From: a plasmid | Length of the DNA: 61,154 nt | Direction: 5' to 3' (one strand) | Sequence record: NZ_CP121836.1 | In this document: piece after piece, positions 47,941-57,824 of the stretch | Position numbering within the stretch: position 1 is the first letter of the stretch | Layout of the letters: each line of letters begins with the position of its first letter | Position numbers and translations under genes: made by a program | The notes under the pieces: model-generated | The model's database searches: none | Told to the model about the DNA's origin: nothing | The model's input: only the letters and a program-made list of their open reading frames with translations

Positions 47941-48420
47941 CCACCTGGTCGAGCTGCTGCCGGTGCCTGGTGAGTTGGCCACCTGGTTGATTTCCTTCTG
48001 GCGTCCAGATCTGAACTTGGCCACCTGGTCGAGCTGCTGCCGGTGCCTGGTGAGTTGGCCACCTGGTTGATTTCCTTCTGGCGTCCAGATCTGAACTTGG
48101 CTACCTGGTCGAACTGCTGCCGGTGCCTGGTGAGTTGGCCACCTGGTTGAGCTGCTGCCGGTGCCTGGTGAGTTGGCCACCTGGTTGATTTCCTTCTGGC
48201 GTCCAGATCTGAACTTGGCCACCTGGTCGAGCTGCTGCCGGTGCCTGGTGAGTTGGCCACCTGGTTGATTTCCTTCTGGCGTCCAGATCTGAACTTGGCC
48301 ACCTGGTCGAGCTGCTGCCGGTGCCTGGTGAGTTGGCCACCTGGTTGATTTCCTTCTGGCGTCCAGATCTGAACTTGGCTACCTGGTCGAACTGCTGCCG
48401 GTGCCTGGCAAGTTGATCTA
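47941..48420. repeat. Iteron array 1: about 5.5 direct copies of an 80-bp unit, each containing two GGCCACCTGGTYGA sub-repeats. Putative oriV.
   Basis: Tandem units ccacctggtcgagctgctgccggtgcctggtgagttggccacctggttgatttccttctggcgtccagatctgaacttgg. Lies adjacent to repA. Confidence 0.8.
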
Positions 48421-48550
48421 AAGGTGGAAGATTAAGCGGGTAGTGATAGACTGAGATCCAGCATGGCTATACGCCTGCTAACCCCTCAAAAGAAAGCAGC
48501 CTCTAGGGCTGCCATCAGTTACAAAATCTCACTCACTTTGAAATAGCCAT

Positions 48551-49930
48551 CTAAACGGCTTTACACCTAGCCGCCTGTAGCGCTGGGGCTGAGGCTTCGC
48601 CATTAGTAATAGGGGAGGGACTTGTCTCACTGTTTTGTTGAGGTGAAGGCTTGCCCAGGCGATACCATTTAGCCCGGCTCATGCCCATTGCCTCCCAGGG
48701 CTTTTGCCTGCTCAATGAGTTGGCTTCATAGGCTTCACGCTCAAGCTGGCCAGCGGCGCGGCGACGTTCTTCATCACGCAGTCTATCGCGCTCTCTGCGG
48801 CGCTTCTGAGCCTCGTCAGTGCTGATAATCGTCTTCAGTTGCTCTTGTTCTTGCTGTGAGATCTGGAATAGGTTGATCAGCGTGTCGTTTTTGGGCGTGT
48901 ATAGCGGTGCAAACGACTTTCCGCCGAACTCGACACGTTCCCCAGCCTCATAGGATTTCGCCTTGCTGTAGAGCGTCATAAGCTCTTTGGAGCGGTAAGA
49001 CCAACGAGTATCCAGCTCGGAGGAAAGAGCGGCGGCCTCATGGTACATCTGGGCGCTGTTTGTCGCCCCAGAGAGAAGGAGAAAGTTAAGACGCCAGAAA
49101 AGATGCCTCATTCGCTCGCCTTCGTTGATTCCGCCTCTGAGCTGGCCCAACTTGCGTAGGTCTTCCAGTCTGTCCCAGGCCAGTTGACGACCGCTGAAGG
49201 TGCGCAGGTTCCCGACCTTGCCACCATTAACGACCGTCAGCCTGGCTTGCTGCCGTTCCGCCTTTTGCTTCTCGATGTCCCAGCGAGCCACCGGCAACAG
49301 CATTTCAGCCAGATACTCGAAGTTGTAGCGAATGGGTAAGCCCCCTTCTTCCAGTACGTGAACCACACGGCACACGGCCCCGCTCTTTGAATTCACGGTA
49401 TTGACCAGGCGAAGCACTCGGCTTGCATCCTTTGCCCCTGGATCAGCGCCCAGCTCGGCCAGCTTGTTGATTAGATGGGTTTGGCAAGCATTCCAGCGGG
49501 GCAGGGCTTGGCGAGGTACTGGCCTTTCCAGTAGCCATTTAGCCTGAATGCCACGCCCTGAATAGACCATGATGGATGGCTGCGGTATGCCTTCAGACTG
49601 GCAAAAGTACGTGATGGCCGCCGCCAGTTCTTCAGGCTTGCGACCTTGAGCCCAGGGCATCTTGTAGGTATCGAGATCAGCGAATAACAAACCAATCCGA
49701 AGGAGGTTCACGACTCGCCTGTTTGGCCGCATAAACTCGGCCTGTGATAGCCAGGTATCAAGACGATGATCAACAGCATTAAGGACTGTTGGCATCTGCT
49801 CAAGAGGGAAAGAGGATTGACGTTTGCCGGTTGGCCATTGCACCAGGAGCGAGAAAAAGCCCCTTGCGCTTGTGTCGTGATATGTTTCTGCCTCGTTCTG
49901 ACCGAACAAGGACAACTGAGCTTGCGCCAT
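48551..49930 (-). CDS. repA: Replication initiator protein RepA (459 aa), iteron-type.
   Basis: Flanked on both sides by iteron arrays. Size and basic C-terminus fit a Rep initiator. Family assignment is by context and inference. Confidence 0.75.
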   Translation of the reverse strand: MAQAQLSLFGQNEAETYHDTSARGFFSLLVQWPTGKRQSSFPLEQMPTVLNAVDHRLDTWLSQAEFMRPNRRVVNLLRIGLLFADLDTYKMPWAQGRKPEELAAAITYFCQSEGIPQPSIMVYSGRGIQAKWLLERPVPRQALPRWNACQTHLINKLAELGADPGAKDASRVLRLVNTVNSKSGAVCRVVHVLEEGGLPIRYNFEYLAEMLLPVARWDIEKQKAERQQARLTVVNGGKVGNLRTFSGRQLAWDRLEDLRKLGQLRGGINEGERMRHLFWRLNFLLLSGATNSAQMYHEAAALSSELDTRWSYRSKELMTLYSKAKSYEAGERVEFGGKSFAPLYTPKNDTLINLFQISQQEQEQLKTIISTDEAQKRRRERDRLRDEERRRAAGQLEREAYEANSLSRQKPWEAMGMSRAKWYRLGKPSPQQNSETSPSPITNGEASAPALQAARCKAV

Positions 49931-50102
49931 TATTGATGCACCCCTAACTTGCCAAGGGGTACACTCCCGCTATAATAGGAGGTGCAATCCTTAGCCTTAT
50001 CCAGGCTCCGGCACCTCGGTTGCCGCCAAGCTCACCGAAAGTGCCACCAAATTTAGACCCCGGTAAACCGCCCGCCAAGTTGGTTTCCGGGGTTTTCCCT
50101 TT

Positions 50103-50414
50103 CTATGCCGCTAACGGCCTCACCTGTCCTAGACGACTACGCAACGCCTCGTCATTCTCTGCGTCCCATAGATCCACGGCACTTTGCAGCCCTAGCCAGT
50201 ATTCCGGCTCTGTTCGTGTAGCTGCTGCCAGGATAAACGCGCTATCGACTGTAACAGGCACTCGCCCGCGACATAGCTGATTAACGTGCTTTCTTGTCCA
50301 TCCGGTATGGGTGGCCAAGTCTGTTTGAGTGATTCCGTACGGGGCCAAGAATTCCCTTTCAAGTATCTGGCCAGGTGTGGCCGGTCGTGATTGGTTCATG
50401 TAATAAGCCCTCAT
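50103..50414 (-). CDS. higA: HigA-family XRE-type HTH antitoxin-like protein (103 aa). No adjacent toxin gene.
   Basis: ...GQILEREFLAPYGITQTDLATHTGWTRKHVNQLCRGRVPVTVDSAFILAAATRTEPEYWLGLQ, the HigA/VapI pattern. Confidence 0.7.
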   Translation of the reverse strand: MRAYYMNQSRPATPGQILEREFLAPYGITQTDLATHTGWTRKHVNQLCRGRVPVTVDSAFILAAATRTEPEYWLGLQSAVDLWDAENDEALRSRLGQVRPLAA

Positions 50415-50459
50415 CAGAATGATGTGTTTTGAAGTGTAACCTAGTTGGTAAACTTCAAC

Positions 50460-50870
50460 AATAGATCAGGCCCGCCCTGTAATAGGGGAGGGACTTGTCT
50501 CACAACATTGAGGCGATCACCTGGTTGAGCTGCTGCCGGTGCCTGGTGAGTTGGCCACCTGGTCGAGCTGCCGCCTGTAATAGGGGAGGGACTTGTCTCA
50601 CCGCATCGAGGCGATCACCTGGTTGAGCTGCTGCCGGTGCCTGGTGCGTTGGCCACCTGGTCGAGCTGCCGCCTGTAATAGGGGAGGGACTTGTCTCACC
50701 GCATCGAGGCGATCACCTGGTTGAGCTGCTGCCGGTGCCTGGTGAGTTGGCCACCTGGTCGAGCTGCCGCCTGTAATAGGGGGGGACTTGTCTCACCGCA
50801 TCGAGGCGATCACCTGGTTGAGCTGTTGATTTACTTCTGGCGTCCAGATCTGAACTTAGCAACAGCCATC
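50460..50870. repeat. Iteron array 2: 4+ copies of a roughly 97-bp unit. It shares the ACCTGGTTGAGCTGCTGCCGGTGCCTGGTGAGTTGGCCACCTGGTCGAGCTG core with array 1 and adds a TAATAGGGGAGGGACTTGTCTCAC motif.
   Basis: Direct repeats seen at about 50460, 50570, 50665 and 50760. The extra motif also occurs at the repA 3' end (about 48595-48620). Confidence 0.7.
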
Positions 50871-50988
50871 ACCAACACAACATCTTGTGCGCCGGCAGCT
50901 GATCGCGGCCACCATATCTAGTGTTTCAATTTTGGATTGCGCAATCCAAAATAGGCGTAAAAATAACGATGGTTTTCTTTACATGATT

Positions 50989-53900
50989 GGGGTTCTAGGG
51001 ATTTTCCGTCCAAAAACGACAAAGTGCTCTGGAGGCCGCGCCGTCCGTGGCCTCCAGAGGGGTATTACTTTTCGCTGACGGGTAAATATCCCTCGATTGA
51101 GCGCATAAGCTCCTCCAGATCTGGCAATTTTTCGCTCAATTCGAAGTGGTAAGTCCCCTTGAGGTTAATGTTGTGCCAGGCCACAGGGGATGCCTGTTTG
51201 ACGATATCTATTCTCTTGGTATCTCCTTGGTATTCGAAGCTGGTCAACAGCTGGCTGAGTATCCTGGAGTTGAAGTAAACGATGGCATTGGTGACCAGGC
51301 GAGCGCACTCATTCCATAGCTGGATTTCTTCGTCTGAACTGCCCCGGAACTGATCCCCATTGACGCTGCTCACGGCCCGACGCAGTTGGTGATAGGCCTC
51401 TCCCCGGTTCAGCGCGCGCTGAACATAGTTTCTTAAACTGGCATCATCGATGTAGCACAGTAGATAATTCGCTTTCACCAGGCGATTGTATTCCGTCAGG
51501 GCTTCCAGCAGCGGGTGATTGCGCTTGTACTCCGAGAGCTTTCTCACCAAGGTGGCTTGCGTTGTTTTCCGCTGCTTAAGTGATACTGCAATCCGTTGGA
51601 TGGTATCCCAGTGCTGCGCAATACGATGGGTATTGATTGGCTTTTTTAAGCACAGCTGAATTCGGTGTTCTTTGTCTTCCTTGACATCAAACATGTCATT
51701 GATCACTTTGCCAACCTGGGCATAGCGTGGGGCAAACTGGTATCCGAACAGATCCAGTAACGCGAAGTTCACATGGTTCACCCCATGGGTATCGGTTGAG
51801 AGCACATCCGGAATGATGTCTGACGTATTGCTCATCAACAAATCAAAGATGTAGTGCGATTCATGTTCGTTGGCGCCGATCACTCTGGCGTTGATCGCAG
51901 CGTGATTGGCGATCAAGGTCATGGCAGAAACACCTTTTTGAGTGCCAAAGTACTTCGACGAATAACGGGTTTTGAAGGTCTCGCGCCGGGCTTCGAACTT
52001 TTGACCATCGGCACTGGCGTGGATCACATCTTCCTGGATGTTGTAGTACCGGAAGATGGGTAGCTTGGCTGTCGCGTTATTGATGTTGTCGTTAGCAGCA
52101 TTCAATGTTTCCAGGCGAAGATAGTTCGCCTGGATAGTGCTGAGCTGATCATAGGTACGATCAGAGATCTGTGCCATGCCGTAAATGCCTTGATTGGTTG
52201 CATTGCCGACCAGAATTGCCAACAGGTCATATTCATGGGAACGGCTTCTGGATTGGGAACCCAGCACATGAGCGAAGCAGTCAATGAAACCGGTGTCACG
52301 ATCAACCATGCGCAGTACATCCGCAATCCCCGTTGTGGGAATTTGCTGGAAGAAGGGATTGTTGACCAGATGATGTTTGCTGGCCGAAGGCAGGCGCCAG
52401 AAGCGTTTACCCTGCGGATTACGCAAGATGATATTCCGGTTGTCTTCCTGTTCAAGATATTCGCCGACTTCGTACAAACGGGTATCCAATTCCATGGCCA
52501 TCTGTTTGATCAGCTTTTCAGGCTCCTCCGCTAATTTTGTAAAATGGCTCTGTTGAAGCAGCGTATATTTGTTTTTTCGCCAATGTTCCCCGTCGATCAG
52601 GTCGGCGTCGAGTGCCCGGTATTTAGTGATATCAGGCAGCGTCAGCTGGCCATTCAGGCGATCAGGAATCTGTTGATAGAGGAACCACTCATAACGATCG
52701 ATCAGGATATTCCCTTCACCATCCAGCAGGAATTCACGTGATTTTTTGGAAAGGAGTCTGGTGTCGGCAGTTTGCAACTGAGCGTCCTGGCCGTTGAGTT
52801 CGTTTTGTGTTTTCGCCAAGGCGGCCGCTAAGTGCTGGGTGCCGTCGCAGCCTTCGAAGCGCAGACATAGGAACAACTCTCGCAGCAAACCTTTCCGCAG
52901 ACTTTCTTTCTCGTCGCAGTACTGCCACATGGCTTCATCGACCGATCGTCGCTGCTCGTTCAGGAAGAGACATACAGATTCCAGATCCCTTTTGGTCAGC
53001 AGGCTCAGTGCTTGCTGTCTTACTGTTGCAAACGGTAGTTGCAGATCAATGCTGTCATCAATGAACAGGTGCAGTACTTCAGCTGCCTTGCTGACATTTT
53101 TAGCTGCTTTTTGCCAATCCTTAAACACCGCTTCCTGCGCATAATCCTTTGCCTTCTGTTTGGTCTGTCTGACATGATGCACAAAGCCATCGGCAATACG
53201 TTCCAGCGCTTGCTGCCATCGCGTTTGAAGATAGCACAATAAATACAGCCATTGGCTGCCTACGGTTTGACGTTTCAGTTTGGCACCGTAGTAGTCGACT
53301 TTCTCTGCCAGGTGTTGCAGATTTTTCTGCGACAGTGATAGCGTGCTCAACAGCAGATCCACTTCCGGCATCCAATGCTGGATATGGCGATAGACAATCA
53401 GTTCTTTCTCCAACTCGGTTCCGGTGAAGTTACGAGCCGATTGTCGCAACTGTCGGAACGGCAGTGGACCTGTGCCGTTCACGAGCTCCGCCAGTGCTTG
53501 CTTAAGACCGCGTGACATTGCACGCTCAAGGTGCGCGGCCATGTGTTCCTGTTCGTCTCCCACCACCTGACTGATGATCTTTTGCAGCGTGCTGTAGGCA
53601 GGGATTGCGATCTTCTGCCCCGAACAATATTCAATGGCCGCATCGAAGAGGTGCCTAGGCGCTGTCCAGGCTCTGGCTTGCTGGGATAAGTAATCTCTCA
53701 ACGCCGCTCCATGGTCTTTGACATTCCAGCGCTGGTAGTTGCAGAGCTGGAAAACACGTTGGTAAATCCGTTCGTTCTCTTTTGGCGTGAGATTAAAGGG
53801 TCTACAGCCTGGGCCTGGTAGAACGGTTTGATAAACGTATTTGAGGTCCTGCTTGATCTGATGAAAGCCGGGATTCAGCACCACCGGCTTGGCTTTGAAA

Positions 53901-54226
53901 TAGCCCAGCAGTACCACCAGCATGTAACGCTGGCCCCGATGACGGAGGCTTTTAGCGATCGCCAGTTCCTTATCGTTCAGCGAGAAAAAGAAGCGTTGGT
54001 CGGCGGAGGTGAAAGCGGGGGGGTCCATATAACTCATCTTGTTCTGCCTCGGACAAGATTTGGACACGTTCTTCGAATGCCATGGATTTAGCCCAAAAAG
54101 ACTAAATCTTACTCAAACAGAGCCCAAATAGGGATCTCGAAAAAAAGTAATACCCCTCTGGAGGCCACAGACGGCGGGGCCTCCAGAGCACTTTGTCGTT
54201 TTTGGACGGAAAATCCCTAGAACCCC
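50989..54226 (-). mobile_element. IS1071-like Tn3-family insertion sequence (3238 bp): tnpA only, flanked by inverted repeats of about 88 bp starting GGGGTTCTAGGGATTTTCCGTCC. No direct target duplication.
   Basis: Left end 50989-51076 and right end 54139-54226 are near-identical inverted repeats. The 5-bp flanks are TGATT and TTGGT, not identical. Confidence 0.8.
51065..54067 (-). CDS. tnpA: Tn3-family transposase TnpA (1000 aa).
   Basis: DUF4158-like N-terminus (RFFFSLNDKELAIAKSLRHRGQRYMLVVLLGYFKAKP) and a DDE_Tnp_Tn3 C-terminal region. Confidence 0.9.
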   Translation of the reverse strand: MSKSCPRQNKMSYMDPPAFTSADQRFFFSLNDKELAIAKSLRHRGQRYMLVVLLGYFKAKPVVLNPGFHQIKQDLKYVYQTVLPGPGCRPFNLTPKENERIYQRVFQLCNYQRWNVKDHGAALRDYLSQQARAWTAPRHLFDAAIEYCSGQKIAIPAYSTLQKIISQVVGDEQEHMAAHLERAMSRGLKQALAELVNGTGPLPFRQLRQSARNFTGTELEKELIVYRHIQHWMPEVDLLLSTLSLSQKNLQHLAEKVDYYGAKLKRQTVGSQWLYLLCYLQTRWQQALERIADGFVHHVRQTKQKAKDYAQEAVFKDWQKAAKNVSKAAEVLHLFIDDSIDLQLPFATVRQQALSLLTKRDLESVCLFLNEQRRSVDEAMWQYCDEKESLRKGLLRELFLCLRFEGCDGTQHLAAALAKTQNELNGQDAQLQTADTRLLSKKSREFLLDGEGNILIDRYEWFLYQQIPDRLNGQLTLPDITKYRALDADLIDGEHWRKNKYTLLQQSHFTKLAEEPEKLIKQMAMELDTRLYEVGEYLEQEDNRNIILRNPQGKRFWRLPSASKHHLVNNPFFQQIPTTGIADVLRMVDRDTGFIDCFAHVLGSQSRSRSHEYDLLAILVGNATNQGIYGMAQISDRTYDQLSTIQANYLRLETLNAANDNINNATAKLPIFRYYNIQEDVIHASADGQKFEARRETFKTRYSSKYFGTQKGVSAMTLIANHAAINARVIGANEHESHYIFDLLMSNTSDIIPDVLSTDTHGVNHVNFALLDLFGYQFAPRYAQVGKVINDMFDVKEDKEHRIQLCLKKPINTHRIAQHWDTIQRIAVSLKQRKTTQATLVRKLSEYKRNHPLLEALTEYNRLVKANYLLCYIDDASLRNYVQRALNRGEAYHQLRRAVSSVNGDQFRGSSDEEIQLWNECARLVTNAIVYFNSRILSQLLTSFEYQGDTKRIDIVKQASPVAWHNINLKGTYHFELSEKLPDLEELMRSIEGYLPVSEK

Positions 54227-54464
54227 TTGGTGTGGGGTTTAGCGGGCTTTGCCCGCCTTTCCCCCCTGCCGCGCAGCGGTGGGGCGGTGTGTAGCCTAGC
54301 GCAGCGAATAGACCAGCTATCCGGCCTCTGGCCGGGCATATTGGGCAAGGGCAGCAGCGCCCCACAAGGGCGCTGATAACCGCGCCTAGTGGATTATTCT
54401 TAGATAATCATGGATGGATTTTTCCAACACCCCACCAGCTCCCCCCCTTCCTGGGTTTGCAGGT

Positions 54465-54560
54465 TTAGGGGCGTGACAGTTACGCCGGGGGTTCGTGACA
54501 GTTACGCCGGGGGGGGCGTGACAGTTACGCCGGGGGCGTGACAGTTGCGCCGGGGGACGG
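54465..54560. repeat. Four direct repeats of a 22-bp unit (GCGTGACAGTTACGCCGGGGG) immediately upstream of the truncated MobV relaxase gene.
   Basis: Copies at about 54470, 54492, 54517 and 54538; the last has T to G. Confidence 0.7.
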
Positions 54561-54911
54561 ATGGCGTTTGCGATCATGAGGGCGAAGAAGCTCAACAGCA
54601 TGGGCACGGTGGCGGCTGCGTTGCAGCACTGCTACCGCGACCGCGAGACGCCGAACGCCGATCAGGAGCGCACACCGGACAACGATCACCTGGCGGCCAG
54701 ATCGACCGATGAGGCGATGGGCAAGCTCAGGGAGCGGTTGCCGGAGAAGCGGCGCAAGGATGCGGTGCTGGCGGTCGAATACGTGATGAGCGCCTCGCCG
54801 GAGTGGTGGCAGACCGCAAGCGCCGACCAGCAGCGGGAGTTCTTCAAGCGATCGACCGAGTGGCTGGCCGCATGCCGAAAATTCAGATGCTCGGCGACGG
54901 CGATGAACTGA
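54561..54911 (+). pseudogene. MobV/Pre-family relaxase N-terminal fragment (the so-called truncated virD2 of floR contexts).
   Basis: MAFAIMRAKKLNSMGTVAAALQHCYRDRETPNADQERTPDN resembles the MobM-type N-terminus. The ORF ends after 116 aa. Confidence 0.55.
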
Positions 54912-55012
54912 ACAAGGGAAATGAGCGGTATCCTGCCAGACAGGATACCGACATTCACGAGGTTTCGATGGTTAGTGCGCCGCATCGGAGCGGGCCTGCT
55001 ACCAGTCGTCGG

Positions 55013-56227
55013 TTAGACGACTGGCGACTTCTCGGTGGCAGCCCCACGGAGCCGAAGGAGCACCAGCCCCAACGAAACCAGTACCGCCATCGCCGTGGCG
55101 TAACAGATCACGGGCCACGCTGTGTCACCGTTTAAAAGTGCCACCGCCAATGTCCCGACAATGCTGACTATCAGGCTTTGAACGCAGAAGTAGAACGCGA
55201 CCGCTGATCCCGCGATGTCGTCGAACTCTGCCAAAGCGCCGTTCGCGGTAACGGACACCGTGAAGACAATACCGACCGCGACAACCCACATCGGTAGGAT
55301 GAAGGTGAGGAATGACGGCGAGCCGTAAAGTTCGCCGATCCCCAACAGGACCGCTCCGCAAACAAGCAACGCCATCCCACGCGCCACGCATCCTGCGATG
55401 CCCCATCTGGCGACAAAGGACTTCGCGAAACGGGTTGTCACGATCATTACAAGCGCGACAGTGGCGAAGGCAAAGCTGAATCCGATCTCGGAATATTCCG
55501 CTTGGCCTATGAGCACACGGGGAGCCGTCGAGAAGAAGACGAAGTAGGTGCCCATACCGGCGCTAAAGCCGACAGTGTAAACCCAAAAAGCCGGACTCGC
55601 GAAGATCGGCAAGACAGATCGGCGCGTCTTGACTTGATCCAGAGGGCGGGTTTCGTGCCACCTGAAACCCGCATTTAGGAGTGCGAGCATCGCCAGTATA
55701 GCCAAAGTAATGAATATCGCCTGCCATCCCAAGAACTCGCCGATCAATACTCCGGCGATAGGGCCGAGCGCAGGCACGAACGCCAGCATCGAACTGAAAA
55801 GGCCGTAGATGACGACACCCTCAGGACGGTTGGCATAAACGTCGCGAACCGTCGCGAACGTCGCCACCAGCATGGCCGACGCGCCCACTGCTTGAAGTAG
55901 ACGGAAAGCGACAAAGGCCGGTGCAGTTGAAGACCAAGCTGCTCCCAGAGACGCAATGACGAAAGCCGTTGCGCCCGCAAGTAGAATTGGCCGTCGCCCG
56001 ATTCTGTCTGAGAGCGGACCAAAAATCACCTGGCCCACGCCGAGCATCACCATATAGAGGCTCAACGTGAGTTGGATCATAGCGGGCGTCGTGTTCAGGA
56101 TGCCGGGCATCGCTGGAACGACAGGGAGATAAATATCCATCGCCAGTGAAGCGAGGATGTCGAAAGGAGCCATCAGCAGCAGTGCTGCCGGCAGCGTATA
56201 GGCCCACGCGGGGCGTGTGGTGGTCAT
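55013..56227 (-). CDS. floR: Florfenicol/chloramphenicol efflux MFS transporter FloR (404 aa).
   Basis: Full-length FloR sequence MTTTRPAWAYTLPAALLLMAPFDILASLAMDIYLPVVPAMPGILNTTPAMIQLTLSLYMVMLGVGQ...LRLRGAATEKSPVV. Confidence 0.97.
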   Translation of the reverse strand: MTTTRPAWAYTLPAALLLMAPFDILASLAMDIYLPVVPAMPGILNTTPAMIQLTLSLYMVMLGVGQVIFGPLSDRIGRRPILLAGATAFVIASLGAAWSSTAPAFVAFRLLQAVGASAMLVATFATVRDVYANRPEGVVIYGLFSSMLAFVPALGPIAGVLIGEFLGWQAIFITLAILAMLALLNAGFRWHETRPLDQVKTRRSVLPIFASPAFWVYTVGFSAGMGTYFVFFSTAPRVLIGQAEYSEIGFSFAFATVALVMIVTTRFAKSFVARWGIAGCVARGMALLVCGAVLLGIGELYGSPSFLTFILPMWVVAVGIVFTVSVTANGALAEFDDIAGSAVAFYFCVQSLIVSIVGTLAVALLNGDTAWPVICYATAMAVLVSLGLVLLRLRGAATEKSPVV

Positions 56228-56420
56228 GACGAATCAACCCTCGATTAAGGAATACCGGGCGACGTCTGCTCGTCAGCAATCAGATGAGACTAGCCTTACA
56301 GAGCGCCGCAACAACAATACTGGTTGTTGCGGCTTACTTGTCTGCTGACTTGGAATTTCCCATCTGATTACTCCACGCTTACGAATATGAATTGCTACAT
56401 TTTATCCGATTATCTTTGGT

Positions 56421-56862
56421 TCATCGCGGCTTTCCGGGGAAGGCCGCCTTGATTTTCAGGAAAAAGTATTCTGAGTCCCGAAATCCATAGGCCATGCGTT
56501 TGATCACCTTGATTCGATTATTCACTCCCTCCAGCAGGCTGGTGTGCATTGGAAAACGGGAGCTGGCCAAGATGCCTCGGATGTAACGTCGAAGGTTTTT
56601 GGCAAAATTCTGCAGGGGCGCCAGACCACTTTCTCTGGCTTGGCGCATCCAGGCCCGCCATCGTTGCCAACCTTCCCGGATGCTGGGGGCGTACCAGATT
56701 TCCTTCAGTGCATCTTTGAGGACATAGGCTGTGGCCAAGGGCTTATTGGCTTCCAGTAGCTCTTGTAATTGCACCGCTTGTCCTTCCTTTAGATTTTCTC
56801 GATTGCGCAGTAGCAGCCAACGCGCTTGCTTGACCACCTTGCGAGCTGGCTTGTCATGCTGT
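56421..56862 (-). pseudogene. ISL3-family transposase C-terminal fragment, truncated by IS6100.
   Basis: ...ARWLLLRNRENL... and ...GVNNRIKVIKRMAYGFRDSEYFFLKIKAAF match ISL3-family C-terminal motifs. Confidence 0.65.
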
Positions 56863-57726
56863 TTGGCGGCAGTCAGAGGTAGGCTGTCGCTCTGCGCCGA
56901 TCAGGCGGCTGCTGCGAAATGGTGGTTGAGCATGCCCATGGCCTCCGTCAGCGCCGAGGGCCCAATGCCAAAAGCTCTCTCCACAAGGCGCACCTCGCCC
57001 CTGATGCCGGGCTGCAGGCACCAGGGGCGAGCCTGTCCTTTGCGCAGGGCTCGCATGACTTCGAATCCCTTGATCGTGGCATAGGCCGTGGGGATCGATT
57101 TGAAACCGCGCACCGGCTTGATCAGTATCTTGAGCTTTCCGTGATCGGCCTCGATCACGTTATTGAGATACTTCACCTGCCGGTGGGCCGTCTCCCGGTC
57201 CAGCTTTCCTTCGCGCTTCAATTCGGTGATCGCTGCACCATAGCTCGGCGCTTTGTCGGTATTGAGCGTGGCAGGCTTTTCCCAGTGCTTCAGGCCTCGC
57301 AGGGCCTTGCCCAGGAACCGCTTCGCTGCCTTGGCGCTGCGGGTCGGCGACAGGTAGAAATCGATCGTGTCGCCCCGCTTGTCGACTGCCCGGTACAGGT
57401 AGGTCCACTTGCCCCGCACCTTGACGTAGGTTTCATCCAGGCGCCAGCTCGGATCAAAGCCACGCCGCCAGAACCAGCGCAGCCGCTTCTCCATCTCCGG
57501 GGCGTAGCACTGGACCCAGCGATAGATCGTCGTATGGTCGACCGAAATGCCGCGTTCCGCCAGCATTTCCTCAAGGTCGCGATAGCTGATCGGATAGCGA
57601 CAATACCAGCGCACCGCCCACAGGATCACATCACCCTGGAAATGGCGCCACTTGAAATCCGTCATCGTTCCGTCCGTCCAATCTCCGCCAAGCATGCTCA
57701 AGCTTCACGATTTTTGCAACAGAGCC
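56863..57726 (-). mobile_element. IS6100 (IS6 family) lacking about 16 bp including the terminal IR at the transposase C-terminal end. The intact 14-bp IR GGCTCTGTTGCAAA is at 57713-57726.
   Basis: Transposase gene plus right IR. At the other end the identity stops after ...CTGACTGCCGCCAA and continues into ISL3-like sequence instead of TCTTTGCAACAGAGCC. Confidence 0.8.
56901..57701 (-). CDS. tnpA: IS6100 transposase.
   Basis: MTDFKWRHFQGDVILWAVRWYCRYPISYRDLEEMLAERGISVDHTTIYRWVQCYAPEMEKRLRWFWRRGFDPSWRLDETYVKVRGKWTYLYRAVDKRGDTIDFYLSPTRSAKAAKRF... matches IS6100 Tnp. Confidence 0.92.
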   Translation of the reverse strand: MSMLGGDWTDGTMTDFKWRHFQGDVILWAVRWYCRYPISYRDLEEMLAERGISVDHTTIYRWVQCYAPEMEKRLRWFWRRGFDPSWRLDETYVKVRGKWTYLYRAVDKRGDTIDFYLSPTRSAKAAKRFLGKALRGLKHWEKPATLNTDKAPSYGAAITELKREGKLDRETAHRQVKYLNNVIEADHGKLKILIKPVRGFKSIPTAYATIKGFEVMRALRKGQARPWCLQPGIRGEVRLVERAFGIGPSALTEAMGMLNHHFAAAA

Positions 57727-57824
57727 CACACGAGTATTGAGCATAGTCGAGATTGGTGCAGATCACTTCTGATATTGAACTGTCAGGAGCTGGCTGCACA
57801 ACAGCCATTACGCCCAATCAACTG

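Noticed and set aside
47857-48340. Three overlapping minus-strand ORFs of 79-143 aa with repetitive protein sequence (…SPGTGSSSTRWP…)
   Set aside because: They are translations of the 80-bp iteron array. The periodicity equals the iteron unit, so they are not genes.
47941-48420. Possible CRISPR array
   Set aside because: The units are directly tandem with no unique spacers and they flank a rep gene, so they are iterons.
51854-53375. Small ORFs on both strands inside the IS1071-like tnpA
   Set aside because: Embedded in or antisense to a 1000-aa intact transposase gene; no independent support.
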